Part shown: piece after piece, positions 17,367-33,955 of the stretch
Numbering within the stretch: the stretch's first letter is position 1
Layout: each line of letters begins with the position of its first letter
From: the human T2T-CHM13v2.0 reference genome, Homo sapiens
NCBI RefSeq assembly: GCF_009914755.1
Contig: NC_060947.1
DNA: 64,000 nt
Strand: one strand, 5' to 3'
Translations under genes and position numbers: made by a program
Notes under the pieces: generated by a model
What the model was told of the DNA's origin: nothing
Databases searched by the model: none
Seen by the model: only the letters and a program-made list of their open reading frames with translations

Positions 17367-17500
17367 GGCCAGGTGTGGTGGCTCATACCTGTAATCCCAG
17401 CACTTTGGAAAGCTGAAGCGGGAGGATTGCCTGAGGCCAGGAGTTTGAGACCAGCCTGGTCAGCATAGCAAGACCTCCATCTCTACAGAGAAAAAAAATA
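17367..17500 (+). mobile_element. Alu left monomer (FLAM-like)
   Basis: Single arm followed by an A tail. Confidence 0.8.
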
Positions 17501-18503
17501 ATATGTTTACTGAACTAAAAGAAAGCATGATTCAGAAAATAAAGGTATGATAACAATGTTGCATCCAGTAGAAAATATCATTAAAGAGATAGAAATTATT
17601 TTAAAAGAACCAAATGGAAATTCTGAATCTGAAAAGTACAATAACTGACATGAAAAAATCACTAGCAGGTTCAATAGCACATTTAAACTGGCAGAAGAAA
17701 GAATTAGCAGATTTGAAACAGGATTGATAGTGATTATGCAAGATGAAGACTAGAGAGAAGAAAGAGTGAAGAAAAATAAATAGAGCTTCAGACAAATGTA
17801 GGACACCATCAGCCACACAAACCTAAGTGGGATCTACTAGAAGAAAGGAAGAGATAGAGAGGAGATGAAAGGAAGAGATAGAGAGGAGCAGAAAAAATAG
17901 TCAAAGAAATAATGGCAGAAAATTTCCCAAATTTATTTTAAAAACAATAACCTACACACTCAGGAAGCTCAGTGAATTCTAAGAAGGATATATGTAAAGA
18001 ATCCACAAACAGATTACATCATAGTAAAACCGGCTAAGATCAAGGAGAAAATCTTGAAAGTGGCAAGAGAAAAATGTCTCATCACTTACCCCAGTAAGAT
18101 TGGTAGTTGACTTCTCAGCAGAAACAATGAAGGCCAGGAGGCAGTAAGATTAAATACTCAAAATGCTTAAAGAAAAAACTATCAACCAAGAATCCTACAT
18201 CCAGCAAAGCTACCTTTCAGAAATGAAGGCAAAGACATTCCCAGTTAAATAAAAATGGGAGGATTTGTTGTTAGTAGATCCACCTCACAAGAAATAATGA
18301 AGTTCTTCAGGTTGAAAGCAAGTGCTTCAGATGTTAATTGCAACCTATGAGAACAAGCCAAGGCCCACTTTATCCACTGCCTCTTTCCCTTCCAGCCTCA
18401 CAAGTGTCAGAAAGTCTCAGCCACAAGTCTGACATACCAGGATAAAAACCCCACTTTATCAATTACAGACTGAATATTTTTGGGAAGTAACAGCCACTCT
18501 GGG

Positions 18504-19282
18504 TATGACAGTTAATACTGAGTGTCAACTTGATTAGATAGAAGGATACAAAATATTGATCCTAGGTGTTCTCTGAGGGTGTTGCCAAAAGAGATTAACA
18601 TTTGAGTCAGTGGGCTGCACAGGGCAAATCCACCCTTAATCTGGTGGGCACAATCTAATCAGCTGCCAGTGAATATGAAGCAGGCAGAAAAATGTGAAAA
18701 GGAGAGACTGGCCTAGCCTCCCAGCCTACCTCTTTCTCCCATGCTGGACACTTCCTGCCCTTGAACATCGGACTCCCAAGTTCTTCAGTTTTGAGACTCA
18801 GACCGGATCTCTTTGCTCCTCAAGCTTGCAGACAGCCTACTGTAGGACCTCGTGATCATGTAAGTTAATGCTTAATTAACTCCATATATATATACATGGA
18901 GGATATATATATATATATGGAGGATATATATATATATATATATATGGAGGATATATATATATATGGAGGATATATATATGGAGGATATATATATATGGAG
19001 GATATATATATATGGAGGATATATATATATGGAGGATATATATATATGGAGGATATATATATATGGAGGATATATATATATCCTATTAGTTCTGTATATA
19101 TATATATATATTCTGTATATATATATATAAGTTCTGTATATATATACATATATATATCCTACATATACATATATATATCCTACATATGCATATATATATC
19201 TATATCTCCTACATATACATATATATATATATATCTATATCTATATCCTATTTGTTCTGTCCCTCTAGGGAACCCTAATGCA
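18504..19282 (+). mobile_element. MLT2A-type (HERV-L) solo LTR with an internal AT-rich expansion
   Basis: GTTAATACTGAGTGTCAACTTGATT start; TTCTGTCCCTCTAGGGAACCCTAATGCA end; near-TSD CTGGG/CTGGA. Confidence 0.88.
18884..19250. repeat. Compound (TA)n VNTR with GGAGGA(TA)n, TTCTG(TA)n and CCTACA(TA)n units
   Basis: Directly visible in the sequence. Confidence 0.97.
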
Positions 19283-19509
19283 CTGGATCTCAAAGTTTCT
19301 ATGGTGAGACCAAATGTTTAAAGATGTCTGATGTCCCCAAGACCAGGAGAACAAGGGAGTAAGGAAAGAGAGTGCTGGAACTTTATGACTTCAGGCAGTC
19401 ACTGTCTCTCTCTGGGCCTCAACTTCCCCTTTGAAAAATGAGAATGTTTGCCCTCTCTAAGAATACCAGACCCAAAGTGCTCAGGAGCATTTCTCAAGAT
19501 TATTGGAAG

Positions 19510-19927
19510 TGTCAAAATGAGAATCAGATCAAGTTAGGAAACATTTTAAAGTTTATTGTTATACAGTAAGAGAAAGTACAGCTCATGACCCAGGAGACTT
19601 CAAACAAAGTGGTAGAAAGCTCACCTTATGGCAGTCATAGCACACTTTATAAAGCATAAAGGAGAATATTTTGATTTTTTTTTGTGGTTGGCTGTTTTAC
19701 GTTATCATTCTTTTTAAGGTAAACAGAGCTGTTTAAACTGATTTGCCTATAGCTGATTGGTTTAATTTCACTGAATCATGCTGACAAAGATGTAAAGGTT
19801 ATGTTTGATATTTATGATTAGAGACAGTGTTTTGGGGAAATTGGGAAGAATTAAATTTTGGTTACCTGGTTATGAGTGGTTGGCCTTCGGGTACACCTAA
19901 AGTGTGGCTTCATTTTTATCTTTAACA
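19510..19927 (-). mobile_element. ERV1-class solo LTR, family unassigned
   Basis: TG...CA termini with a 4-bp TSD GAAG on both sides, and a minus-strand AATAAA near 19553. Confidence 0.65.
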
Positions 19928-20269
19928 GAAGATAACTGAGCTCTCATTATGTGCTAGGGCACTGTTTAAATTCTGAATCCTGCCCTCTGGTAGGAAGACA
20001 GAGATTAAACAAGAGAGCCAATAACCAAACAAAAAAGTAGAGAGACTGCGGGGTTAGGGATTTTAGCTCAGGTGCTTAGAGAGGGCATTTGAGCAGAATC
20101 ATGAATGCAGTAAAGGAGGCAGCCATGCAAAAACCTGTAGGAAGAGCATTCCAGGCAGAGAGAACAGCCAGTGCAAAGGCCCCAAGGTGGGAAGGAGCTT
20201 GGTGTGTTCTCAAGACCCATGTGCTCAGGACCCAGGGGGCAGAGGAGGAAGCAGGGGGAAATGAGGCTA

Positions 20270-21978
20270 GGAAAGGAGGCAGACGAAGATGGCAGAATAG
20301 AAAGCTCCGCTGATCGTCCTCCTGCCACTCTGTGCAAGGACACCAAGTTAACAACTACCTACACAGAAAAAAACACCTTCTTAAAAACCAAAAATCAGGT
20401 GAGCACTTACAGTACCTGGTTTTAATTTCATATCACTGAAAGAGGCACTGAAGAGATATAGAAAACAATCCTGAATCACCAATGCTACCCCTTCCCCACC
20501 CTGGCAGCCATGGCATGGTGTGGAGAGTGTTTCTGGGCACTGGGGAAGAGAGAACACAGTTCTTTTGCTTCACAATTCAATTGTGAAGCATTGCACTCAG
20601 CAATGTCCTGTTACAGCAGAAAGGAAAACCAGATCAAACTCAGTTGATGCCCACTCACAGAGGGAGCATTTAAACCAGCCCTAGCCAGAGGGGAATCACT
20701 GATCCCAGCAGTCTGAACTTGAGTACCTGCAAACCTCACCATGAAGGGCCAAAGTGCTGTCAGTCTCTAAGTAAACTTGAAAGGCAGCCTAGGCCATAAG
20801 GACTGCAACTTTTAGGTAAGTCCTAGGGCTGAACTAGGCCCAGACACAGTGGATTGGGGGTGGCGGGGCGGGGAACACAACATGCTGAGACACTAGCTAG
20901 GACAGCCAAGGGAATGCTGGCATCACTTTTCCCCTAACCCCAGGATGCACAGCTTGTGGCTCTAAAAGAGAGCCCTTCCTTCTGCTTGAGGAGAGGAGAG
21001 GGAAGAGTTGGGAGGACTTTGTCTTGCATCTTGGATACCAACTCAGCCACAGCAAGATAGGGCTCCAGTCAGAGTCAACAGGCCCCTGTTCCAGCCCTAG
21101 TTCCCAAATGACATTTCTAGACAAACTGTGGGCCAGAAGGGAACCCACTGCCTTGAAGGAAAGGACCCCATCCTGCCAGCATTCATCACCCGCTAACTGA
21201 AGAGCCCTTGGGCCCTGAATAACCAACAGCAATGCACAGGCACTACATTGAGGGCCATCATGAGCCTCTGAGACTTGCTGGCTTCAGGTACCAACACCAC
21301 CACGGGGGCTAGAGCACCAAGCAGGTTCTTGAGGTTCCAGATTCCAGGACTTGACAGCATTTCTGGACCTGCCCCAGGCCAGAGGGGAGCCCACTGCCCT
21401 GAAGGATGAGTCCCAGACCAGGCAGCATTCACCACAAGCTAACTTAAGAGACCTTGGGCCTTAACGGAACATTGATGGTAGTCTGTCAGTGCTCCTTGTG
21501 GCCAGGGGTGGCAGTGGCTGTGGAGTGAGGCTCCTTTGCCTTTGGAAAGGGGAGGGAAAAGCAGGAAGGACTAGGTCTTATGGTTTCAGTGCCAGCTCAG
21601 CTGCAATACAATAGAACACCAGGTAGACTTAGAAGGTTTTTGACTCTAGTCCCTGACTCCTGGATGATACTTCTAGACCCACCTGGGGCCTGGGGGAACT
21701 CACTGACCTGGAGGGAAGGACACAGGCCTGGCTGGCTTTGCCACCTGCTCATTGTAGAGCCCAGGGTCTTAAGCAAACATAGAGACAGTAGCCAGGGAGT
21801 GGTTACAGCAGGCCTTGGGTGAGACCCAGTGCTGTGCTGGCTTCAGGTCTGACCCAGCACAGTCATAGTGGTGGTGACCACAGGGGTGTTAATACCTATG
21901 TCACTCCACCCCCAGCTTTAGTTGGCTCAGAACAGAGAGAGCGATTCTGTATGTTCGGGAGAAAATAAGAGAACAAGA
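20270..21978 (+). mobile_element. Old L1 (L1PB/L1MA-type) 5'UTR fragment
   Basis: Starts AAGATGGCAGAATAGAAAGCTCC; GC-rich L1M-type 5'UTR sequence. Confidence 0.7.
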
Positions 21979-22180
21979 GGCCAGGTGCGGTGGCTCAAGC
22001 CTGTAATCCCAGTACTTTGGGAGGTCGAGGCAGGTGAATCACAAGGTCAGGAGACCGAGACCATCCTGGCTAAACACAGTGAAACCCCATCTCTACTAAA
22101 AATACAAAAAATTAGCTGGGCGTGGTGGCATGCACCTGTAGTCCCAGCTACTCGGGAGGCTGAGGCAGTAGAATCGCTTG
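21979..22180 (+). mobile_element. 3'-truncated Alu
   Basis: Ends abruptly at GAATCGCTTG with no poly(A). Confidence 0.88.
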
Positions 22181-23781
22181 TACTTACAGTGGAACGTTCC
22201 AAATGAACAACAACACATTGAAATACATTTAAAAATGAGGGCTCTTGGTAAAATCCCTTTTGGCTAAGGACGGGTTTGGCACTATGGAATGTTAAGTGCT
22301 ATTCTCTTTGGATTAATCGGTCTTACACTTTTTGCTGACGGCTATGGGTGACAGGATTAGGCATGTGCAGGACCGTGGGAGATGGGGAGCTTTTTCCTCC
22401 CCAGAAGGGGAATCCTGACAGCTGATGGAACTGCTGGAAAAGATCCCTTCACTACTGGCAAGTGGTCCCCTGAACTTTTCATTTTCAGTGTCACTGCAAT
22501 GAATGAGTGGGTCCTTCTCTGGCCTCTGTGAGCTCTTCACCTTCCCCACCCTGCCACAGGCAATGCTTTTCTCTCTCTCCTTTCCCTTTCTTATCTTTTC
22601 TATTACTCAGGGTGACCATCTTGCCCAGGGACGTGTTGAAATTCCTAGTCAGAAGCTGGATTAAAGATGACGGGAGCCATCTAAGGACAAATTTAAGCCT
22701 TGCCAGTTTAATATTGGGTGCTAAGCAGAGTAGCTGATGTCTATGTTTCGTCACACATATTTTACTCTGGCCCAAACAGAAAAAGATAATTTTCCTTTGT
22801 GTTGCGGCTTGGCCCCCCAGGTCTATGGTGCAGCGAGGTGGGTCACTAGGGCCACTTAGGGAAACGGAACACAGAAGCCTGGCATGCTGGCAAACAGGTA
22901 ACAATTTCTTACCAGTCAGACTCCTGGCCTCTCTCTCTCTCTCTCTGTGCAAACAGGTTGAATAAATGGTAAAAATCACTGTTACTCTCCTGTAAAGTTT
23001 AAATTAATCAGAAAAAGCACTTGTAAGGCTAGTCTTAAGCTGTACCAAATTTGGTATGCTTTGTGTGTCTTTCCGTATTTTCTGTCATTAATGAGGGGTA
23101 CCTTAGGATAGAATACAGGCTTAGGACACCTGTAAGCCCGCTGTTCAAGACAGCCAAGCAAACTGATCACTTATAAGCTTTGCTGCAGGTCCCTGGAAAA
23201 AACAAAAAACAAAACAAAACAAAAACTGGATAAGGTTTCCCTCTTGTCTTGTATGTCCTTGGGAGCTTGACCTTGTAACCATGTGGCCATGCTTTCTCTT
23301 CACAATGGCAGCCTGGGTTCAGGGTTCAATTCCTGGCTTGGAAAATGAGTCCTTTAACTTCTGTCTATGGATTTATATGTATTATGTGTTTGATGTTTAT
23401 ATATAAAAGAGCTTTCACTAATTGGTTTAAAAATAATAAAAGCTTAAATAACATATTTTGTCAGAAAAGTAAAAAGTGTAATGCCTTTTAGTTCATGTGT
23501 CTTAAGTAATTTTTGGGAAATAAAGAGAGTTTTAAAAATTATTGGTAAAATGAAAATGTCAAATAAGGCAAACGTCGAGCTGTAACCAATCCAGCCATTC
23601 TCTATCTCACTTCTGATTTCTGTATGTAGTTTCCCTTTTTTGTCTATAACTCTCCCACCACATGGCTGCACTGGAGTCTCTGTGAATCTGCTGTCATTCT
23701 GGGGGCTGCCCGATTTGCAAATCGTCCATTGCTCAATTAAACTCCTTTAAATTTAATTTGGCTGAAGTTTTTCTTTTATCA
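22181..23781 (+). mobile_element. MER57-type ERV1 internal remnant plus LTR 3' part
   Basis: MER4-group internal sequence, then GAGCTGTAACCAATCCAGC...GCTCAATTAAACTCCTTTAAATTTAATTTGGCTGAAGTTTTTCTTTTATCA. Confidence 0.7.
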
Positions 23782-24849
23782 CATGAGAACAGGACTTATA
23801 ATGAGAAAAAAAATGAGGTGGAATGATGGCATCCTAGGATTGCTGGCTTTAGAGTTGCTTTCAATCATATTCTATTGCTCCACGGTTTTGAATTTGCTTA
23901 AAGTTACCTTCTCAAGTACAGGTTGCAAACTGGAAGCTGCATCCTATATCTGGTCTGCAGATCTGTTTCGGATGACCAGTGTAATTTTAAATAAAACATA
24001 TTTGAATCGATTGCTCAGATCTAAGGATCAGAAGGTTTCATGTAAACACTTATTTCTGGCCAATCTTTACAAACTGGAAAATCTGCCAGATCTGGACCCC
24101 AAAGTCCTGACCAGAAAAATTAGGCTGAAGCAGAGTAGTGGCCATTCCCTTTGGGGGAGACATATCCTTTCCCAGTTTACCAGTCCCCACTCTGCTTGTT
24201 TTCTTCATTTATGTTACCTTCCCGGCCCTGTTAGCAGCTAGGTTTTCGACCCTTACTATTTTTTTAAAAATTATAGGAAATGTCCAAAATATATAAAACA
24301 AACATAAGATGAACACTCATATAGCCACCACCCACATTCAACAATTATTAATATCCAGTCTTGTTTCATCAGTAGCCTTGCTGATTTCTCCAACATCCCT
24401 GCACCCAACCTGGGATTATTTGGAAGCACATCGAGACATCACATAATTTCATCATTAACCATTTCAGGGCATGTTTAAATGATACACCCTTTTTATACAG
24501 ACAGCCACAGTTATCACTACCATAGCGAAAACATGGAAAAGCCTTTACAAATATCCACTCTGCTCACTTTAAAAAATTCCTCTCCATATTATTCACTTCA
24601 TTTGATTCCTTTTCTCTGTCAAGAAAGGACAAACAGTAATTGTTGATCTGGGAAAATGGGGGCGAGCATGCATATAAACATGAATGGTACTCCCCACACT
24701 CTAGAAAACAATGCGTGAAATGATTTTTTTCATAAGGCATTCATTCCTATTTTTTCTGATTTTTTGAAATATGCCTGATAAACTTTTACCACTAAACCTA
24801 CTCCAAATACATGAGTCATGCTATTACTGTCATGATTCCATAGGTGAGA

Positions 24850-25263
24850 TGATATGGTTGGGATATTTGTCTCTGCCCAAATCTCATGTTGAAATGTAAT
24901 CCTTATTTTCCCCAATGTTGGAGGTGAGGCCTGTTGGGACGTGTTTGGGTCATGGGGGTGGAAACCTCATGGCTTGATGCTGTCCTTGCAATAGTGAGCG
25001 AGTTATCACAAGATCTGGTTGTTTAAAAGTGTGTGGCACCTCCCACACCCACTCTCTCGCTCCTGCTCTCACCATGTGAGATGCCTGCTCCCAGTCTGTC
25101 TTCCACCATGACTGTAAGCTTCCTGAGGTCCTCACCAGAAGCAGATGCCAGCATCACACTTCCTGTTAAGCCTGCAGAACTGTGAGCCAACTAAACCTCT
25201 TTTCTTTATAAATTACTCAGCCTCAGGCATTTCCTTATAGCAAAACAAGAATGGCCTAACACA
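24850..25263 (+). mobile_element. MSTB-type MaLR solo LTR
   Basis: TGATATGGTTGG...CCTAACACA; TSD TGAGA at 24845-24849 and 25264-25268. Confidence 0.88.
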
Positions 25264-27450
25264 TGAGACAACAGAGATATAGTAGGTTAAGCGACTCATT
25301 CAAGGTAACAAAGACAGCGTAGAGCTGCAGCAAGAACCCAGACCACCTTATTTTTAATCAGATCTCTTTCTGTTATACCACATAGGAAAGGTGGAACAAC
25401 AGGTTATAATAATATGATGATAGGAGATAATATAGAATAATAGTAGAAAACATTTCTGTGTGCTTACTCTGGCTGGGCATTGTGGAAGGCCACTTACATA
25501 TGTTATTTATCCCTCTCATCAATTCTGTGATATAATATTATCATCTTATAGAGAATAATAATGATACTACAGAGCTTAAGTAAAATGCCCAGGGGGAAAC
25601 AGCTGGGAAGTGGTGCATCTGGGATTGGAAGCCAGATTGCCCTAACTGTGGCATCCCAGTGCACCACCGCTGAATTAAACTTGACAAAGCATGGGCTCTG
25701 GAGGCAGACAAATTTGGCTTCAGATCCTGTTCCTCTGATTAGCTTTGCACCATGGATAAGTTTCCTCTTCTTTCAATGAAGATGCTAGAACCTCACTATT
25801 AGGATTCATTTGAGCATCAAACAAAATCATCCAAGGACATTATTTTATTGCTTGTCACATAGTAAAGGCATACAAGACGTTAGCTGCTAATAAAAAGGGA
25901 ATGAAAGTTTTAAAGGGTACTGTCTCCAGTAATGTTCTCCATCAGAAAAAATTGTAACTTGTTCTCCACCCAGCCCCTTGAACTAGTCCCATTGTATGCT
26001 ACCTAAACAATGTGTTGTTCAAGGTCAGTAAATGACATCCTAACTATAATTCTACAAATTTGAATTTCTTAAGGTCCAAGAACTCTGCTTTGAAGTTCAG
26101 GATCTAGGTTACCAGAGCTAGACAACATCTTGACCTATAATTCTAACAGGTACTTATCAGATACATGAAAACAAATGCCAACTGAGTATAGGAGATCTCA
26201 TTTTCTACATAAAGGAAACATATATGGCTAAAAATGTCTTTTGATGGTGTAAAAATTTTATGAATCTGATAACCACGGGGAGGGATAATGGAAGTATGAC
26301 TTCAATCTCCCCTCCTCCCCTTTTACCTTTCTTTGCCTATTTCTGAGTATCTGTAGGCTACCAAATGTTTCAGTCTGAATGTAGAAAAAACAAAATAATG
26401 AGCAGGAATAGACCGACTGGCACAAAATGTACCAAATGGAAACAATTTCCAGACGGAATGTACACTGACATGCGCGACTTACTGTAAATAATTATACAAA
26501 GCACAATACAATGAGAACAAGAGCAAAAAAAAAAAAAAAAAAAAAAAAAGGAAAATCTCAATCGGAGAAGAAAAAAGAATCCACTTGGCCAAGAGGCATG
26601 CATTAATGCATAGTGAATTCATGGACTTTCCTTATTCCCACCAAGGCTTGTGGCTTCAGGGGTATGAATAAACCTCCTTCTCCTTGCAAAACCCTCACAC
26701 CAAATGCAATTGCGTGGCTGAAGCTTGACACCCACAATTGTGAAGAGAGAAGTGGGGAATGAAAAGCAGCAGACAGCCTGACAGAAAGTTCATGCTCACC
26801 CAAGAAAATGGAATTTTCCTTCAGGCTGAAAACATAATCATTATGAAACTGGCCATCAAATAATTTTCAGAGAAAATACTGTTGTAACCATCACTCCTTA
26901 TCTGCAGGCATTGCAATCACTTCACAGGATGACCACAATGTTCATGATCACTTTTTAAAAACTTTTTGGTATATTTTTTCTTTTCTTTTGTTGTGGTAAA
27001 CCATATAAAAATTTGCCATTTTAGCCATTAAATAAGTGTATAATTTCATGGCATTATTTACACTTACACTTTTACAAGAAAATTACTTTAAAGAAGTCTT
27101 CCATAGCAAGAAAAAACTTAATGAATTTTTAAGAGTGGGCATGGCTTCCTTCCCGATACCATTTTGGTTTTGCTGTTTTCCACCCTGGCAGTAACTTGAA
27201 ACACACTATTCTCTCATTAGGGACTCACACCACCCCATCCTGCACATGTACCTGGTATCAATGGGGGCAGAGAGGAGATGAGTATGGGGTGTTGGGGGTG
27301 GGGGTGGAAGAGAATGTCTGGGTCGGTGTAAGCCTGCCATGGGCACATGGGAAAATTCTGTGACATGCACAGCCCCCAGATGGTGACTCAAGATTACTGC
27401 ATGAGACGAGAGTCCGTGACATTCGGTTTGAATGGCATTTCTTAACAATT

Positions 27451-27456
27451 TTTATT
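27451..27456 (-). terminator. Polyadenylation signal AATAAA of RHOXF2B
   Basis: TTTATT on the + strand, about 220 nt past the stop codon. Confidence 0.75.
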
Positions 27457-27673
27457 GAGAACTTACTGACCCCATGTGACACACAAAACAAATGTACATA
27501 CCCTTCACATATTTATAGAAACATTTTTACAAGTGCCCTAAAAATGGGTCAATGATGTACTTTTCTTTAAAACGTTTAATAGACATTTGATGAACTACTT
27601 TTGATGGGGTGCTATGCAAAATATGAATCTGGCTCAAAGACACTCTGGCAAAAAGTGGCACAGAGGCTATCCC

Positions 27674-32710
<5,037 letters not shown>

Positions 32711-32814
32711 ACCCTGAGTGGTGTGGATGGAGCTGTGCACTTCTGCAGATTCTGAGCTGGGGCCACCACGCTCTCCTAGGCAGTGCTAGAACTGTGAGTC
32801 GCCGCCTGCAACGT

Positions 32815-33070
32815 TCTTCTGGTGTCTAGACTCAGCAACAGTGTATCCACTTAGAGACCTCCTCTCTTGCTTTTCTGCTTCCCGCTATTTGCTGTGGGTT
32901 GGGCCTGCTGAGGTGCGCATGCGTCAGGGGCTTGGCCTTGCCCGGATGAGGGAGAGCACGCGTTGGTGGTGTGGGGGGGGAGGGGTAAGTGGTGTAGTAG
33001 GGTGTGGGGGAGGGGGGAGTAGGGCGTGGGAGGGGGAGTAGGATGGGGTGCGTGCTTGCATGCGTTGTCC
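32815..33070 (-). promoter_or_regulatory. RHOXF2B proximal promoter / 5' end
   Basis: Lies immediately upstream of the ATG. It is CpG-containing, with an NRF1-like TGCGCATGCG at 32914-32923 and G-rich tracts at 32971-33048. The exact TSS cannot be determined from sequence. Confidence 0.6.
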
Positions 33071-33357
33071 TGTAGACAGGCATGCGTGAGTGTGGAACTT
33101 GGGGGAAGCTGCTGTGCTGAATTGTGCAAGCCCATTTTATGGCGATAAGGGAGATTTTGCACTAGCCCCATGCTTCCTAGGTCTCCAGGAGCAGGAGCTT
33201 GGGCCTGGATTTGCAAAGCTTGTGGGCTGCGCAAATGCACTATGTAAAAATGCAGCACACTCCTTGAGAAAGTCCACTATTAATTCTTAGTAATGAATCC
33301 ACATCAAAGTGCAAGGGTGGAAACATGCACAATGATGCTTAGAGCATCCGAGATTGC

Positions 33358-33955
33358 TTTTCTTTTCTTTCTTTCTTTCTTTCTTTTCTTTTTTTTTTTT
33401 TTTTTGAGACAGTCTCGCTCTGTCTCTGGAATGCAGTGGCACTATCTGGGCTCACTACAACCTCCATCTTCTGGGTACCTAGATTCAGTAACAGTGTATC
33501 CACTTAGAGACCTCCTCTCTTGCCTTTCCTCTTCCCACTATTTGCTGTGGGTTGGGCCTGCTGAGGTGCGCATGCCTCAGGGGCTTGGCCTTGCCTTGGG
33601 CACGGGAGAGCACGTGTTGGAGTGGGGGCAGTAGGACGGGGTGGGGGGAGTAGGGCGGGGGAGGGAGTAGGGCGGGGGGGCGTAGGGTGGAGGGGGGGAG
33701 TAGGGCGGGGGGGCCGGGGAGTAGGATGGGGTGGGTGTTTGCATGTATTGTGCAGGTACTCAGGAGTGCCTCAGCCTCCCGAGTACCTGGAACTACAGGT
33801 GCGCACCAGCACACCTGGGTAATTATTGTATTTTTAGTAGAGACAGGGTTTCACCATGTTTGCTGGGCTGGTCTGGAACTGCTGGCCCCAAGTGATCCAC
33901 CCACCTCGGCCTCCCAAAGTGCCGGGATTACAGGCGTGAGCCACCGTTCCCAGCT
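33358..33955 (-). mobile_element. Alu interrupted by the promoter duplicate
   Basis: Poly-T and right arm run to about 33476; the Alu resumes at 33767 (TGCCTCAGCCTCCC) and continues to ...GAGCCACCGTTCCCAGC. Confidence 0.9.
33468..33751 (-). repeat. Duplicate copy of the RHOXF2B promoter segment (32815-33068)
   Basis: Long shared blocks, e.g. AACAGTGTATCCACTTAGAGACCTCCTCTCTTGC and CTATTTGCTGTGGGTTGGGCCTGCTGAGGTGCGCATGC, in direct orientation. Confidence 0.95.

Larger units (their letters stand above)
15222..18350 (+). mobile_element. Old L1M 5'UTR/ORF1 remnant interrupted by Alus and a THE1
   Basis: A-rich, ORF1-like decayed sequence at 17230-18330 (e.g. GAAATAATGGCAGAAAATTTCCCAAATT; CCAAGAATCCTACATCCAGCAAAGCTA). 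Confidence 0.7.

Noticed and set aside
18865-19321. ORFs rich in YI/GGY repeats (141 and 94 aa)
   Set aside because: They are translations of the (TA)n VNTR, not genes.
32711-32740. In-frame upstream GTG start extending RHOXF2B by 10 aa
   Set aside because: Arises from the ORF caller allowing alternative starts; the ATG at 32710 gives the known 288-aa protein.
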